This document shows positions 9,137 to 18,283 of a stretch of DNA of 64,000 nt, piece by piece (the stretch's first letter is position 1; each line of letters starts with the position of its first letter). The DNA comes from Gammaproteobacteria bacterium. GTDB taxonomy: Bacteria; Pseudomonadota; Gammaproteobacteria; Eutrophobiales; Eutrophobiaceae. Location of the stretch: assembly GCA_965215365.1 (NCBI GenBank), contig CBDCDS010000003.1, positions 768,001-832,000 of the forward strand, read 5' to 3'. Below the pieces are notes generated by a model that was not told the origin of the DNA, ran no database searches, and was given only the letters and a program-made list of their open reading frames with translations. The translations under genes were made by a program, and so were the position numbers.

Positions 9137-10081
9137 ATGTCGGTAAAATTGTTGCCCCGATTGCTGCTTGCCGGCGCGCTGGCTGCGACCGGGCTGAGCG
9201 GCGCCTTAGTAGTCATGGCCTCGCCGGCCGCACAACTCACCTCCATCCCCGGCAAACTGGTGGATGTGGGCGGTTTTCGCCTGCATATCCACTGTGTCGG
9301 CCAGGGCGCGCCGGCGATCATTCTTGATTCGGGGGTCGGCGGTTTTTCCCTGGAATGGACCCGTATCCAGGATGCGCTGGGGCGCCGCACCCGAGTCTGC
9401 TCCTACGACCGGGCCGGCTACGGCTGGAGTGATCTCGGGCCGTTGCCCAGAACCAGCAAACGTATCGCCCGGGAACTGCATACCTTGCTGCAAAAAGCCG
9501 ATGTGGCCGGCCCCTATATTCTGGCCGGACATTCATTCGGCGGTTACAACGCGCAGTTATTTGCCAGAAATTACCCGGACGAGACGGCCGGACTGGTGCT
9601 GATAGACGCCTCCCACCCGGAACAGATCGAGCGCTTGCCAAAGCGCAACCCGGGCACGACCAAAAAGGCCAGACCGAGGTCAAGCAGCCATGTCGTGTCC
9701 TGGTTTTTCCCGCACCCTAACTTTCCCGATGAAAATGCACTGATGGCCCAACGCATCATGCAGGGCTGGCAACACAAGACTACCTGGCGCGAGGAAATGA
9801 CGGTATTCTCAGTCAGCGCCAAACAGGTGCAGACTTCCAGGCCGATGCCGGAAGTGCCGGTGGTGGTGCTCACCCGCGGCCGCAGCTTCTGGCCCAACTA
9901 CGCCAACGGCGACGAAACGGAACGCATCTGGCTGGAACTCCAGACCGAACTGTCAGAACTCGGCTCCAACCCGGTACACCTGATCGCCCAACGCAGCGGC
10001 CACGTCATCCACTTGGACCAACCCGACATCGTCATCACCGCCATGGAAACCATGCTGGACGCAAATTTTTCCGGGAAGTGA
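9137..10081 (+). CDS. Exported alpha/beta-fold hydrolase
   Basis: Signal peptide, YDRAGYGWS, nucleophile elbow GHSFGG, C-terminal SGHVIH. Confidence 0.88.
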   Translation: MSVKLLPRLLLAGALAATGLSGALVVMASPAAQLTSIPGKLVDVGGFRLHIHCVGQGAPAIILDSGVGGFSLEWTRIQDALGRRTRVCSYDRAGYGWSDLGPLPRTSKRIARELHTLLQKADVAGPYILAGHSFGGYNAQLFARNYPDETAGLVLIDASHPEQIERLPKRNPGTTKKARPRSSSHVVSWFFPHPNFPDENALMAQRIMQGWQHKTTWREEMTVFSVSAKQVQTSRPMPEVPVVVLTRGRSFWPNYANGDETERIWLELQTELSELGSNPVHLIAQRSGHVIHLDQPDIVITAMETMLDANFSGK

Positions 10082-10127
10082 TGGCTGTTGTCAGGGTGTT
10101 ATAGCGGCATACTGAAAGAAGAAAACC

Positions 10128-10364
10128 ATGTCCCAGGAAAGCGAACTACTACAGCGCATCACCATGCGGCCGGATGTCTTCGGTGGCAAACCAATCATCC
10201 GCGACATGCGCATCGCCGTAGAGCACATCCTAGCCAATCTGGCCGCAGGGGAAACAGTCGAAAGCCTGCTCAAGGAATACCCGTTCCTGGAAACGGAAGA
10301 CATCCAAGCCTGCCTGCTGTTTGCCCACCGCTCATTGGCGGGGGAAATTGATAGAAAGCTCTAA
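10128..10364 (+). CDS. DUF433 family protein (putative antitoxin); no adjacent DUF5615 toxin
   Basis: RIT..PDVFGGKPIIR.MRI.V..IL..LA.G......L.EYP.L..EDI.ACL.FA. Confidence 0.88.
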   Translation: MSQESELLQRITMRPDVFGGKPIIRDMRIAVEHILANLAAGETVESLLKEYPFLETEDIQACLLFAHRSLAGEIDRKL

Positions 10365-10749
10365 AAAAGGAGAGCTATCATCCGCCGAGCTAATTCTACT
10401 GAACAAGCTGGACCTGGCACAGCTGCACCAGTTTGAATTAGCGGCAAAACTTTCCGTGTCACTCATTGGAGATTGGTTGACAAAATATAAATTCAAGAAC
10501 TGGGAAAAGAGCGAATCCCACAAACAAGAAAGGGCTAAAGAGATTGCAGAAAAGTTGAATGATCACCAAAGGTGGTATACTCATGGTTCAAGTATTCACA
10601 AAGACATTCTGGAGCGGGACCTCCGTTTGAGAATTAATGATTATGGCGAAGACACTCGGCTGAAGCAGTTAGTTTGGAGTTATTTCTGGTCTCTTGCGGA
10701 ATATGCGGGTGCCGGGGGATTCATCATACATAGCCGGATATTTATATGA
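10345..10749 (+). pseudogene. C-terminal remnant of an SDH/Clp-fold serine protease family protein
   Basis: WL.KYKFKNW...ERA.EIA.KLND..RW..HG..I....L...LRL.I.DY resembles the SDH_sah C-terminus; catalytic N-terminal half absent. Confidence 0.6.
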
Positions 10750-10955
10750 GCACACACCAAGAAAACCGCTTTATCCAAGAGGTTGAAACTGTAATTCAGA
10801 ATAATCCGAACATCGATATGGAATTGATTAACGAGTGGCATAAAATGGAGGCAATATTGGAAAAAATTCCGCTGCTACCGACGGAGTCAAATGAGAAACA
10901 GCAGGCCCGTTTGCAACGGATTCCGCTGAGGTTGTTCGGGCGGCAGGACTGTTAA
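10746..10955 (+). CDS. Small hypothetical protein
   Basis: 69-aa ORF coupled to the previous ORF by ATGA overlap; lower GC. Confidence 0.45.
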   Translation: MSTHQENRFIQEVETVIQNNPNIDMELINEWHKMEAILEKIPLLPTESNEKQQARLQRIPLRLFGRQDC

Positions 10956-10958
10956 GCC

Positions 10959-11553
10959 TTACCTGCCACCTTTCCCACCATGCACGCTCGGCTCGTTGCA
11001 CCATTGGCGGCGGATTAAGTCGAAGCCTTCTGTAACCGGGGGAGCAATTCCAAGCAGGTTGAATATTGCGTTATCCAGGACGATGCGGTTGTGGTCCTGG
11101 CAGGCTTCATTTGCGGGTAAGAATGTTGTTTTTTCGAATCGTTTGCACAGCTCATTCCATGAATTGAAACGGGTCTGGTCGAATTGCCGTGTATCCAGTA
11201 TGAGAAGTGACGGTAGGGCGCTTATTGTTACGCGAGTTCTACCCAGTTGTTGTCGAGTGCCGCCCCACCAGTAACTCATCAACCCCAGGGTCGAGTTGAA
11301 CCAGAGCAGAATCACGCTTTGTGAAGCATCATCCGCTGGGATGAAGTTCGGCCAGGCTGTTCCTCCGACAGATTTTTCCGGTGTGAAACAGGCTGCAAGG
11401 CTTTGGGAATTTAACTGAAAGTCCAGTGTCAGATGAAGTCGAGAAACAGAGTGTTCCCAGATATTAGCAGATCGTTCTGCCTGCCCGGGGCGGACTCCCA
11501 GTTCGCAATCAGGTTGAACGATGAACGACCGTTCCTGCTCTGCATCATGATTC
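10959..11553 (-). pseudogene. C-terminal fragment of a large type IIG-like restriction-modification protein
   Basis: GG.AWP, LW.NSTLGL..YW, Q.GR, L..L..LD, FLPANEA..D..R..LD, W..EP resemble the target-recognition end of fused RM enzymes; cut off by a MITE end. Confidence 0.55.
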
Positions 11554-11588
11554 CACAAGGCAACAAGCGACTTGGTGAGATATGCGGG
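11554..11588 (-). repeat. Isolated end of the 238-bp MITE family
   Basis: CACAAGGCAACAAGCGACTTGGTGAGATATGCGGG then TTAA = reverse complement of the MITE left end. Confidence 0.85.
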
Positions 11589-11610
11589 TTAATCAGATGA
11601 AGCTTCGTAT

Positions 11611-12742
11611 TGTCCGGGTTCAGAAACAAGTGAGACTCTTTAGATAAAGAAATCGGGTAGTCTGTGTGTGAATTAATCTCAACTAATTGACACAGGAGGA
11701 CTACCCGATGCAGATCAAAAGCCTGCGGGTGAAATCATATCGCAGTTGGCGCGTCGATGATACTACCGATGCTGACGCGCGCGGTCGTTTGAAGCAGTTG
11801 GAATTGGTTGCGACGTTACGCGAGGATGGGTGTGGTGAGGCGACGGCACTGGCAGCAGTAGGTTGGTCGAGGGCGACCTACTACCGTTGGTTGAAGCGGT
11901 ATCGTGAACATGGGCTGAAGGGTCTGGGGTGTGGCTCTCGTGCGCCGCGGCGGCGGCGTGTGCCGCAATGGACGCGCCAGCACGAGCAGCAGGTCTTGCA
12001 CCTTCGCCAACGTTATCCGTTATGGGGTAAGCGTAAGCTCTGGCGGGTGGGGGTGCGCGAGCAGGGCTGGACTTTGAGCGAGAGTACGGTCGGGCGCATC
12101 GTGGCGAAGCTGGTGCGGCTGGGTCGGGTCAAGCCGGTGGCGTTTTACTATGGCCGGGTGAAGCCTAAGCGCCGCCGGGCGTTTACCCATCATGCCAAGC
12201 GCTGGCGCTACGGGATGAAGGCTAAGGCGCCAGGGGAGTTGATGCAGATAGACCACATGAGTGTCGGCTTCACGGACGGCATCACGGTGAAGGAGTTCAA
12301 GGCCGTCTGTCCGGTGAGCAAATGGAGTGCGCTGCGAGCCTACAGTCGGGCCACCAGTGGCAATGCCCGGCGCTTCTTAAAAGCGCTGCTCGGTGAGGCG
12401 CCGTTTCCCATCCGTTCTATCCAGGTCGATGGCGGCTCGGAGTTCCGAGATGAGTTCGAGCAGGCTTGCCAGGACTTAGGAATCCCCCTGTACGTGCTGC
12501 CCCCGAAAAAACCCGAATACAACGGCTGTGTAGAACGCGCCAATGCCACCAGCCGCTATGAGTTCTATCCGTTCTACGAGGGCCCACTGACCGTGGCCGC
12601 CATCAACCGCAAACTGGCAGAGTATCAGCAATACTACAATACCTACCGCCCGCATGACGGTATTGGTTTATTAACCCCAATGGAGTATTATCAACAACTC
12701 ACACAGCCTGCCTCTGAGTCTCATATGTATTGAACCTGGACA
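11611..12742 (+). mobile_element. IS481-family copy 3 (intact) with 5-bp TSD CGTAT
   Basis: TIRs TGTCCGGGTTCA / TGAACCTGGACA; CGTAT at 11606-11610 and 12743-12747. Confidence 0.93.
11708..12733 (+). CDS. IS481-family transposase
   Basis: GGAGG RBS; HTH plus DDE integrase core; stop codon inside the right TIR. Confidence 0.92.
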   Translation: MQIKSLRVKSYRSWRVDDTTDADARGRLKQLELVATLREDGCGEATALAAVGWSRATYYRWLKRYREHGLKGLGCGSRAPRRRRVPQWTRQHEQQVLHLRQRYPLWGKRKLWRVGVREQGWTLSESTVGRIVAKLVRLGRVKPVAFYYGRVKPKRRRAFTHHAKRWRYGMKAKAPGELMQIDHMSVGFTDGITVKEFKAVCPVSKWSALRAYSRATSGNARRFLKALLGEAPFPIRSIQVDGGSEFRDEFEQACQDLGIPLYVLPPKKPEYNGCVERANATSRYEFYPFYEGPLTVAAINRKLAEYQQYYNTYRPHDGIGLLTPMEYYQQLTQPASESHMY

Positions 12743-12833
12743 CGTATGTTGATGAAAGCATTTGGTTGATATACCCTGTGCGCGGTCACTTGAATATTGT
12801 CCGACTCGTCTTTGAAAGTCATGAGGTATTAAC

Positions 12834-13040
12834 ATGAATTTTACGGCAGTTGTTGAGCGCTGCAAGGAAACGGGGCTTTATGTAGGCTATGTGCCGGGTT
12901 TTACAGGCGCTCATTCTCAGGGAAAAACCCTCGATGAACTGAATAAGAACCTGCATGAAGTCATGGCCCTGTTGCTGGAAGACGGTACACCTGAACTGGG
13001 AACCGAGTTTGTAGGAACGCAACAAATCGCTATAGCCTGA
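12834..13040 (+). CDS. hicB: HicB family antitoxin (short, RNase H-like domain only)
   Basis: FTAVVE...TGLYVGYVPGF.GAHSQG.TLDEL..NL.EV. Confidence 0.88.
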   Translation: MNFTAVVERCKETGLYVGYVPGFTGAHSQGKTLDELNKNLHEVMALLLEDGTPELGTEFVGTQQIAIA

Positions 13041-13043
13041 AAA

Positions 13044-13274
13044 GTGTCAAAAGTTCCGGTTCTCAAACCGCAAGAGGTAATGCGCCTGCTAATCTCTGCG
13101 GGTTTTAAGGAAACAAGACGCCGTGGCTCCCACAGGCAGTTTCGTCACCCTGACGGCAGGGCAACAACCATCCCATTCCACAAAGGTCGTGATATTTCTC
13201 CAATTTTACTACGACAGGTCGCAAAGGATATTGAGCTTACCCTGGATAAGTTTCTTGGTGGGAACTTCGGTTGA
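13044..13274 (+). CDS. hicA: HicA family toxin
   Basis: GF...R.RGSH.QFRHPDGR.TTIPFH.G.DI. Confidence 0.9.
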   Translation: MSKVPVLKPQEVMRLLISAGFKETRRRGSHRQFRHPDGRATTIPFHKGRDISPILLRQVAKDIELTLDKFLGGNFG

Positions 13275-13410
13275 TAACCCGCCGATATATGCGATTTAAC
13301 AAATGAGTCCGAATTGTAAGGCGCTTGGGAAAGGCAGGCAGTTCACCGGGTAGTAAGGAAATATCTCTGTTCATTAAGCCCCTGTAACAGGGCTTATCCT
13401 CGGCGTGAAA

Positions 13411-13486
13411 TGGCGCTCCCTAGGGGAATCGAACCCCTGTTTCCGGCGTGAGAGGCCAGCGTCCTGGGCCACTAGACGAAGGGAGC
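13411..13486 (-). tRNA. tRNA-Glu (anticodon CTC)
   Basis: GCTCCCT...GGTTCGATTCC...AGGGAGCGCCA, 76 nt, anticodon loop CT-CTC-AC, encoded CCA. Confidence 0.95.
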
Positions 13487-13516
13487 GGGTGTGGTTTTGT
13501 AGTATAATAGCAGTCT

Positions 13517-14797
13517 ATGAGAAAAAACCACGATAAAGTTTCTTACCTGCGCCCGACGCCCGACATTATTCCTCGTGCCGGGCACAACATCTCCACCAGC
13601 AACATCAGTCAGGGCGCGCTGAAGGTATTGTACCGCTTGAAGAATGCCGGTTATGCCGGTTATCTGGTCGGTGGCGGGGTGCGCGACCTGCTGCTCGGGC
13701 GCGAGCCCAAGGACTTCGATGTGGTCACGGACGCCACGCCGGAGCAGATAAGGGAATTGTTTCGCAACAGCCGCCTGATCGGACGTCGGTTCCGGCTCGC
13801 CCATGTGCGCTTTGGCGCTGAGATTGTGGAGGTATCCACCTTCCGCGCCCCGCATCACGACAGCGGCGACGCCGGCCATGTTTTGGACGGACGCATCATC
13901 CGCGACAATGTCTATGGCAGCATTGATGAAGACGTCTGGCGCCGCGACTTCACCGTTAATGCCTTGTTCTACAATATTGCAGACGAGTCGGTGGTGGACT
14001 ATGTACAGGGCATGGACGACATAAAATCCGGCTGCATCAGGTTGATTGGTGACCCGCGCCGGCGTTTTACCGAAGACCCGGTGCGGCTGCTGCGGGCGGT
14101 GCGGTTTGCAACCAAGCTGGGCTTTAAGATCAGCCCGGAGACCGGCAGCCGCATCCCGGAGCTGGCCTCAGCGCTGGGTGACATTGCGCCGGCGCGCCTG
14201 TTCGAGGAATGCCTGAAACTGTTTTTTAATGGCTATGCCTTGCAAACCTTTGAACAACTGCGCCGTTATGACCTGTTCAAGCAATTATTTCCACAAACCG
14301 AGGACACGCTGACAGAGCAACAAGGCGGCTTTCCCCACACGTTCCTGACCAACGCGCTGCGCAACACCGACGAGCGGCTGACGCAGAACAAGCCGGTGAC
14401 GCCGGGGTTTCTCATCGCCGCGCTGTTATGGCTGCCCATGGAGAAACTGATCCGGGAACATATCGCCCGGGGCATGAATGAAATGGACGCCCTCATGCTG
14501 GCCGGGGATATCGTTGTCTCCCGGCAAACCCGCGCCATCGCCGTGCCGCGCCGCTTTACCGGCATGGCGCGCGAGATCTGGCAGTTACAGCCACGCCTGA
14601 CCCGGCGCAGCAACCGCCGCCCGCAGCGGTTAATGGAAAACCCCCGGTTCCGGGCCGGCTATGATTTTCTGTTGCTGCGCGCGCAATCCGGGGAGGATGT
14701 GGCCGAGCTGGCGAAGTGGTGGACACAGTTTCAACAGGACCAGCCGGAAACAAAAAGCCCCACCCGTAACCGGCGCAACCGCCGCCGCCGCCGGTGA
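13517..14797 (+). CDS. pcnB: Poly(A) polymerase I
   Basis: LVGGGVRDLLLG..PKDFD, LIGRRF.LAHV, RRDFTVNA, EDPVR.LRA; Arg-rich tail. Confidence 0.96.
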   Translation: MRKNHDKVSYLRPTPDIIPRAGHNISTSNISQGALKVLYRLKNAGYAGYLVGGGVRDLLLGREPKDFDVVTDATPEQIRELFRNSRLIGRRFRLAHVRFGAEIVEVSTFRAPHHDSGDAGHVLDGRIIRDNVYGSIDEDVWRRDFTVNALFYNIADESVVDYVQGMDDIKSGCIRLIGDPRRRFTEDPVRLLRAVRFATKLGFKISPETGSRIPELASALGDIAPARLFEECLKLFFNGYALQTFEQLRRYDLFKQLFPQTEDTLTEQQGGFPHTFLTNALRNTDERLTQNKPVTPGFLIAALLWLPMEKLIREHIARGMNEMDALMLAGDIVVSRQTRAIAVPRRFTGMAREIWQLQPRLTRRSNRRPQRLMENPRFRAGYDFLLLRAQSGEDVAELAKWWTQFQQDQPETKSPTRNRRNRRRRR

Positions 14798-14815
14798 TAA
14801 TACTGTTACACAGGG

Positions 14816-15319
14816 ATGAGGCATAAACAGCTGCCACACAGCGTGGAATGCTACATCGGCCTGGGCAGCAACCTTGATAACCCCGCGGCCCGGTTGGACG
14901 CGGCGCTGGTGGCGCTGGATACTATCCCGGATACAAAGCTGGTGCAGCATTCCTCGTATTATCGCAGTAAGCCGCTGGGGCCGAGCGGCCAGCCGGATTA
15001 CCTGAACGCAGTGGCGCGGCTTGCTTGTGGCCTGCCGGCGCGGCAACTGTTGGGGCAACTGCAAGCCATTGAAAACGACCAGGGACGGGTGCGGAACGGG
15101 CCCAGATGGGGGGCGCGCACCCTGGATCTTGATATACTGCTGTACGGTGATGAGATTATTGATGAGCCCGAACTGGTGGTGCCGCACCCACAGCTTAAAC
15201 ATCGGAATTTTGTGCTGATGCCGTTGCTCGAGCTGGCGCCGGACCTGGACCTGCCCGGCCTTGGTCGGGCCGCGGAGTGGCTGGCGCGCGTCGGTCATGC
15301 GGGTATCGCGCCAGCATGA
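14816..15319 (+). CDS. folK: 2-amino-4-hydroxy-6-hydroxymethyldihydropteridine pyrophosphokinase
   Basis: YIGLGSNL, QPDYLNAV, WG.RTLDLDILL, VPHP, R.FVL.PL. Confidence 0.96.
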   Translation: MRHKQLPHSVECYIGLGSNLDNPAARLDAALVALDTIPDTKLVQHSSYYRSKPLGPSGQPDYLNAVARLACGLPARQLLGQLQAIENDQGRVRNGPRWGARTLDLDILLYGDEIIDEPELVVPHPQLKHRNFVLMPLLELAPDLDLPGLGRAAEWLARVGHAGIAPA

Positions 15320-16113
15320 ATGACAAGCTGAGCATTGCACGCGTGCAGGGGATGAAACAGGCCGGGGAGAAAATCGCCGCCCTCACTGCCTACGATACCA
15401 GTTTCGCTGCGATCCTGGACGCGGCCGGTATGGACATCGCCCTGGTGGGCGACTCGCTGGGCATGGTCCTGCAGGGCCGGGAAGACACCTTGAGCGTGAC
15501 CATGGACGACATGGTTTACCACAGCGGCCTGGTCAGCCGCGCCTGCCGGCGGGCGCTGGTGGTCGTCGATATGCCGTATCTGAGCTACGAGACGCCGGCC
15601 CTGGCTGGTGAGAATGCGCGCCGGCTGGTAGCGGAGGGCGGCGCCGAGGTGGTGAAACTGGAAGGCGGCGAGGAGCAGGCGCAAACCGTGGCCGGTCTTG
15701 TTGAACAGGGTATTCCGGTCTGCGGCCATGTGGGGATGCAGCCTCAGTCGGTGCGCGAGTATGGCGGTTTCAAGGTGCAGGGCCGGGAGCAACACCAGGC
15801 CCGGCGCATCATGGCTGGCGCGCAGGCCCTGCAGAGCGCCGGCGCCGCCATGGTGGTGCTGGAATGTATCCCCGCCAGCCTGGCCGCACGCATCAGTGAC
15901 GCACTTACCATCCCCACCATCGGCATCGGTGCCGGTGAACACTGCGACGGTCAGGTGCTGGTCAGCTATGACATGCTCGGCATCTCCCCATACCGCCCGC
16001 ACCTGGCCAAAAACTTTCTGGCAGGGAGCGGCGGCGTAGCGGCTGCCGTGCAGGAATATGTGCGCGCAGTCAAAGCCGGTGAATTCCCGGGGCCGGAAAA
16101 TTCCTTCAAGTGA
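15316..16113 (+). CDS. panB: 3-methyl-2-oxobutanoate hydroxymethyltransferase
   Basis: LTAYD, LVGDSLGMV, VKLEGG, GIGAG..CDGQVLV. Confidence 0.96.
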   Translation: MNDKLSIARVQGMKQAGEKIAALTAYDTSFAAILDAAGMDIALVGDSLGMVLQGREDTLSVTMDDMVYHSGLVSRACRRALVVVDMPYLSYETPALAGENARRLVAEGGAEVVKLEGGEEQAQTVAGLVEQGIPVCGHVGMQPQSVREYGGFKVQGREQHQARRIMAGAQALQSAGAAMVVLECIPASLAARISDALTIPTIGIGAGEHCDGQVLVSYDMLGISPYRPHLAKNFLAGSGGVAAAVQEYVRAVKAGEFPGPENSFK

Positions 16114-16174
16114 GAGTATGATTATGCGGGCTAAAGACCCACACATCACCGCGCCGTTGACCGGGGCACCGATC

Positions 16175-17020
16175 ATGGAAACGGTATCGAGTCTGGCCGA
16201 TTTGCGTGCGCGCATCGGCAGCTGGCGCCAGGCCGGACACAGCATCGCCTTAGTCCCTACCATGGGCAACCTGCATGACGGGCACCTGTCGTTGCTGCGC
16301 CAGGCCCGCGCGTGCGCGGCGCGCACCGTAGTCAGTATTTTTGTGAACCCGATACAATTCGGCAGGGGGGAAGATTACGAAAAGTATCCCAGCACCCTGG
16401 CCGAGGACAAGAATAAACTGGAAAAGTATGGCCTGGACCTGCTGTTCACGCCGGACCTGGACCAGCTTTACCCGGGCGGCACCGATGCCGACACCCGCGT
16501 CAACGTGCCGGAATTATCCAACATACTGTGCGGGGAATTCAGGCCCGGCCACTTCTCCGGGGTCGCCACCGTAGTCGCCAAGCTGTTCGCCAACGCGCAA
16601 CCGGATGTGGCCCTGTTCGGCGAGAAGGACTACCAGCAGTTGCTGGTCATCAAGCGTATGGTGCGGGACTTATGCCTGCCGGTGGAGATCGTCGGCATGC
16701 CCATCGTGCGCGAGGCGGACGGGCTGGCGATGAGTTCCCGCAATGCCTATCTGGCGCCGGCGGAACGGCGTCAGGCGCCGGCGATCTACCATACCCTGCA
16801 AGCCGCAGCCGCCAGTTTGCGTCAGGGCGCCGACCTGAAAGCCATTGAACGGGAGGCCATGCACAAGCTGGAGCAGGCCGGGTTCCGGCCCGAATACGTC
16901 AGCGTCCGCCGCAGTGAAGATCTGCGCGCGCCGACACCGGCAGACACCCGCCTGTCCATTCTGGCCGCAGCCTGGCTGGGGCCAGCGCGCCTGATTGACA
17001 ACGTACAGGTGCGGGGTTAA
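16175..17020 (+). CDS. panC: Pantoate-beta-alanine ligase
   Basis: VPTMGNLHDGH, SIFVNP.QF, RPGHF.GV, FGEKDYQQ, GLAMSSRN, RLIDN. Confidence 0.97.
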   Translation: METVSSLADLRARIGSWRQAGHSIALVPTMGNLHDGHLSLLRQARACAARTVVSIFVNPIQFGRGEDYEKYPSTLAEDKNKLEKYGLDLLFTPDLDQLYPGGTDADTRVNVPELSNILCGEFRPGHFSGVATVVAKLFANAQPDVALFGEKDYQQLLVIKRMVRDLCLPVEIVGMPIVREADGLAMSSRNAYLAPAERRQAPAIYHTLQAAAASLRQGADLKAIEREAMHKLEQAGFRPEYVSVRRSEDLRAPTPADTRLSILAAAWLGPARLIDNVQVRG

Positions 17021-17743
17021 CCCGCATATCTCACCAAGTCGCTTGTTGCCTTGTGAAACATGATTGCTCTCAACAAGTTATGATAATACTGCTGTTCTTT
17101 CCACATAACACACTGCGCTTGATGCGCCCTCGCTGGTCTTGGTCCTGCCTGCGGGCACGTGCTTCCTCAACCAGAGAACCACTATGGTTTCGGTCGCAGG
17201 CACCCGCAGGCAGAACCAATCCGGCGCGATCTTCGCATCACTCGGTGAGATATGCGGGTTAACCCGCATATCTCACCAAGTCGCTTGTTGCCTTGTGAAA
17301 CATGATTGCTCTCAACAAGTTATGATAATACTGCTGTTCTTTCCACATAACACACTGCGCTTGATGCGCCCTCGCTGGTCTTGGTCCTGCCTGCGGGCAC
17401 GTGCTTCCTCAACCAGAGAACCACTATGGTTTCGGTCGCAGGCACCCGCAGGCAGAACCAATCCGGCGCGATCTTCGCATCACTCGGTGAGATATGCGGG
17501 TTAACCCGCATCTCTCACCAAGTCGCTTGTTGCCTTGTGAAACATGATTGCTCTCAACAAGTTATGATAATACTGCTGTTCTTTCCACATAACACACTGC
17601 GCTTGATGCGCCCTCGCTGGTCTTGGTCCTGCCTGCGGGCACGTGCTTGTTCAACCATAGCTACCGCTATGCTTTCGGGCGCAGGCACCCGCAGGCAGAA
17701 CCAATCTGGCGCGATCTTCGCATCACTGGGTGAGATCTGCGGG
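17021..17743. repeat. Three tandem 238-239 bp MITE-like elements (period 242) separated by TTAA
   Basis: Each unit has TIRs CCCGCATATCTCACC...GGTGAGATMTGCGGG; units 17021-17258, 17263-17500, 17505-17743; flanks TTAA / TTAG. Confidence 0.92.
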
Positions 17744-18283
17744 TTAGCCCATCCTGACCGGGCGCTTTTGCAATTTTCTTTGCAGGGTGCGCCGGTGCAT
17801 ACCGAGCCGCCGCGCCGCGGCAGAGATGTTGCCGTCGCATTCCGCCAGGGTTTTCTGTATGTGTTCCCATTCCAGCCTGGCCAAAGGCACCGGCGTGTCC
17901 CGCAGGGCAGCATCCGCGCGGCCCGTTTCCTGCCGGATGGCTGCCATGACGGCGTCTGCATCCGCGGGCTTGGTCAGGTATTGCCGCGCGCCCAGCTTGA
18001 TGGCCGCTACCGCAGTGGCAATGCTGGCATAGCCGGTTAAGACGATGATACGCATAGCCGGGTTGGTATCTAACAACGCCGGGAGCAGTTCCAGGCCTGA
18101 ATCAGCACCGATGCGCAAGTCCACCACGGCCACCCCGGGGCAGTTGTCCCGGGCCTGCGCTAGCGCGTCCTGTCGGTTATAGGTGCTGACCACCTCCATC
18201 CCGCGCCGCGCCAGCGCCCGCGCCAACAGATTGCAATAGACCTCATCATCGTCCACCAGCAACAGTCTGTTATCAGCCGGCAT
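17744..18283 (-). CDS. regA: RegA/PrrA family response regulator
   Basis: LLLVDDD, VVDLR, LTGYASIATAV.AIKLGA..YLTKP, EWEHIQ..L....GNISA.AR.LGMHRRTLQRKL.KRP. Confidence 0.93.
   Translation of the reverse strand: MPADNRLLLVDDDEVYCNLLARALARRGMEVVSTYNRQDALAQARDNCPGVAVVDLRIGADSGLELLPALLDTNPAMRIIVLTGYASIATAVAAIKLGARQYLTKPADADAVMAAIRQETGRADAALRDTPVPLARLEWEHIQKTLAECDGNISAAARRLGMHRRTLQRKLQKRPVRMG

Noticed and set aside
11708-11760. Transposase N-terminus MQIKSLRVKSYRS resembles the start of OLD/SMC-type ATPases
   Set aside because: No Walker A motif follows; it lies inside the IS ends in all copies, so it is treated as native transposase sequence
17021-17743. Tandem repeats as a CRISPR array
   Set aside because: Units are 242 bp with TIRs, have no unique spacers, and there are no cas genes in the window
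17053-18040. ORFs within the MITE copies (also 19390-19862 and 57664-57880)
   Set aside because: They are translations of a palindromic non-coding repeat in several frames
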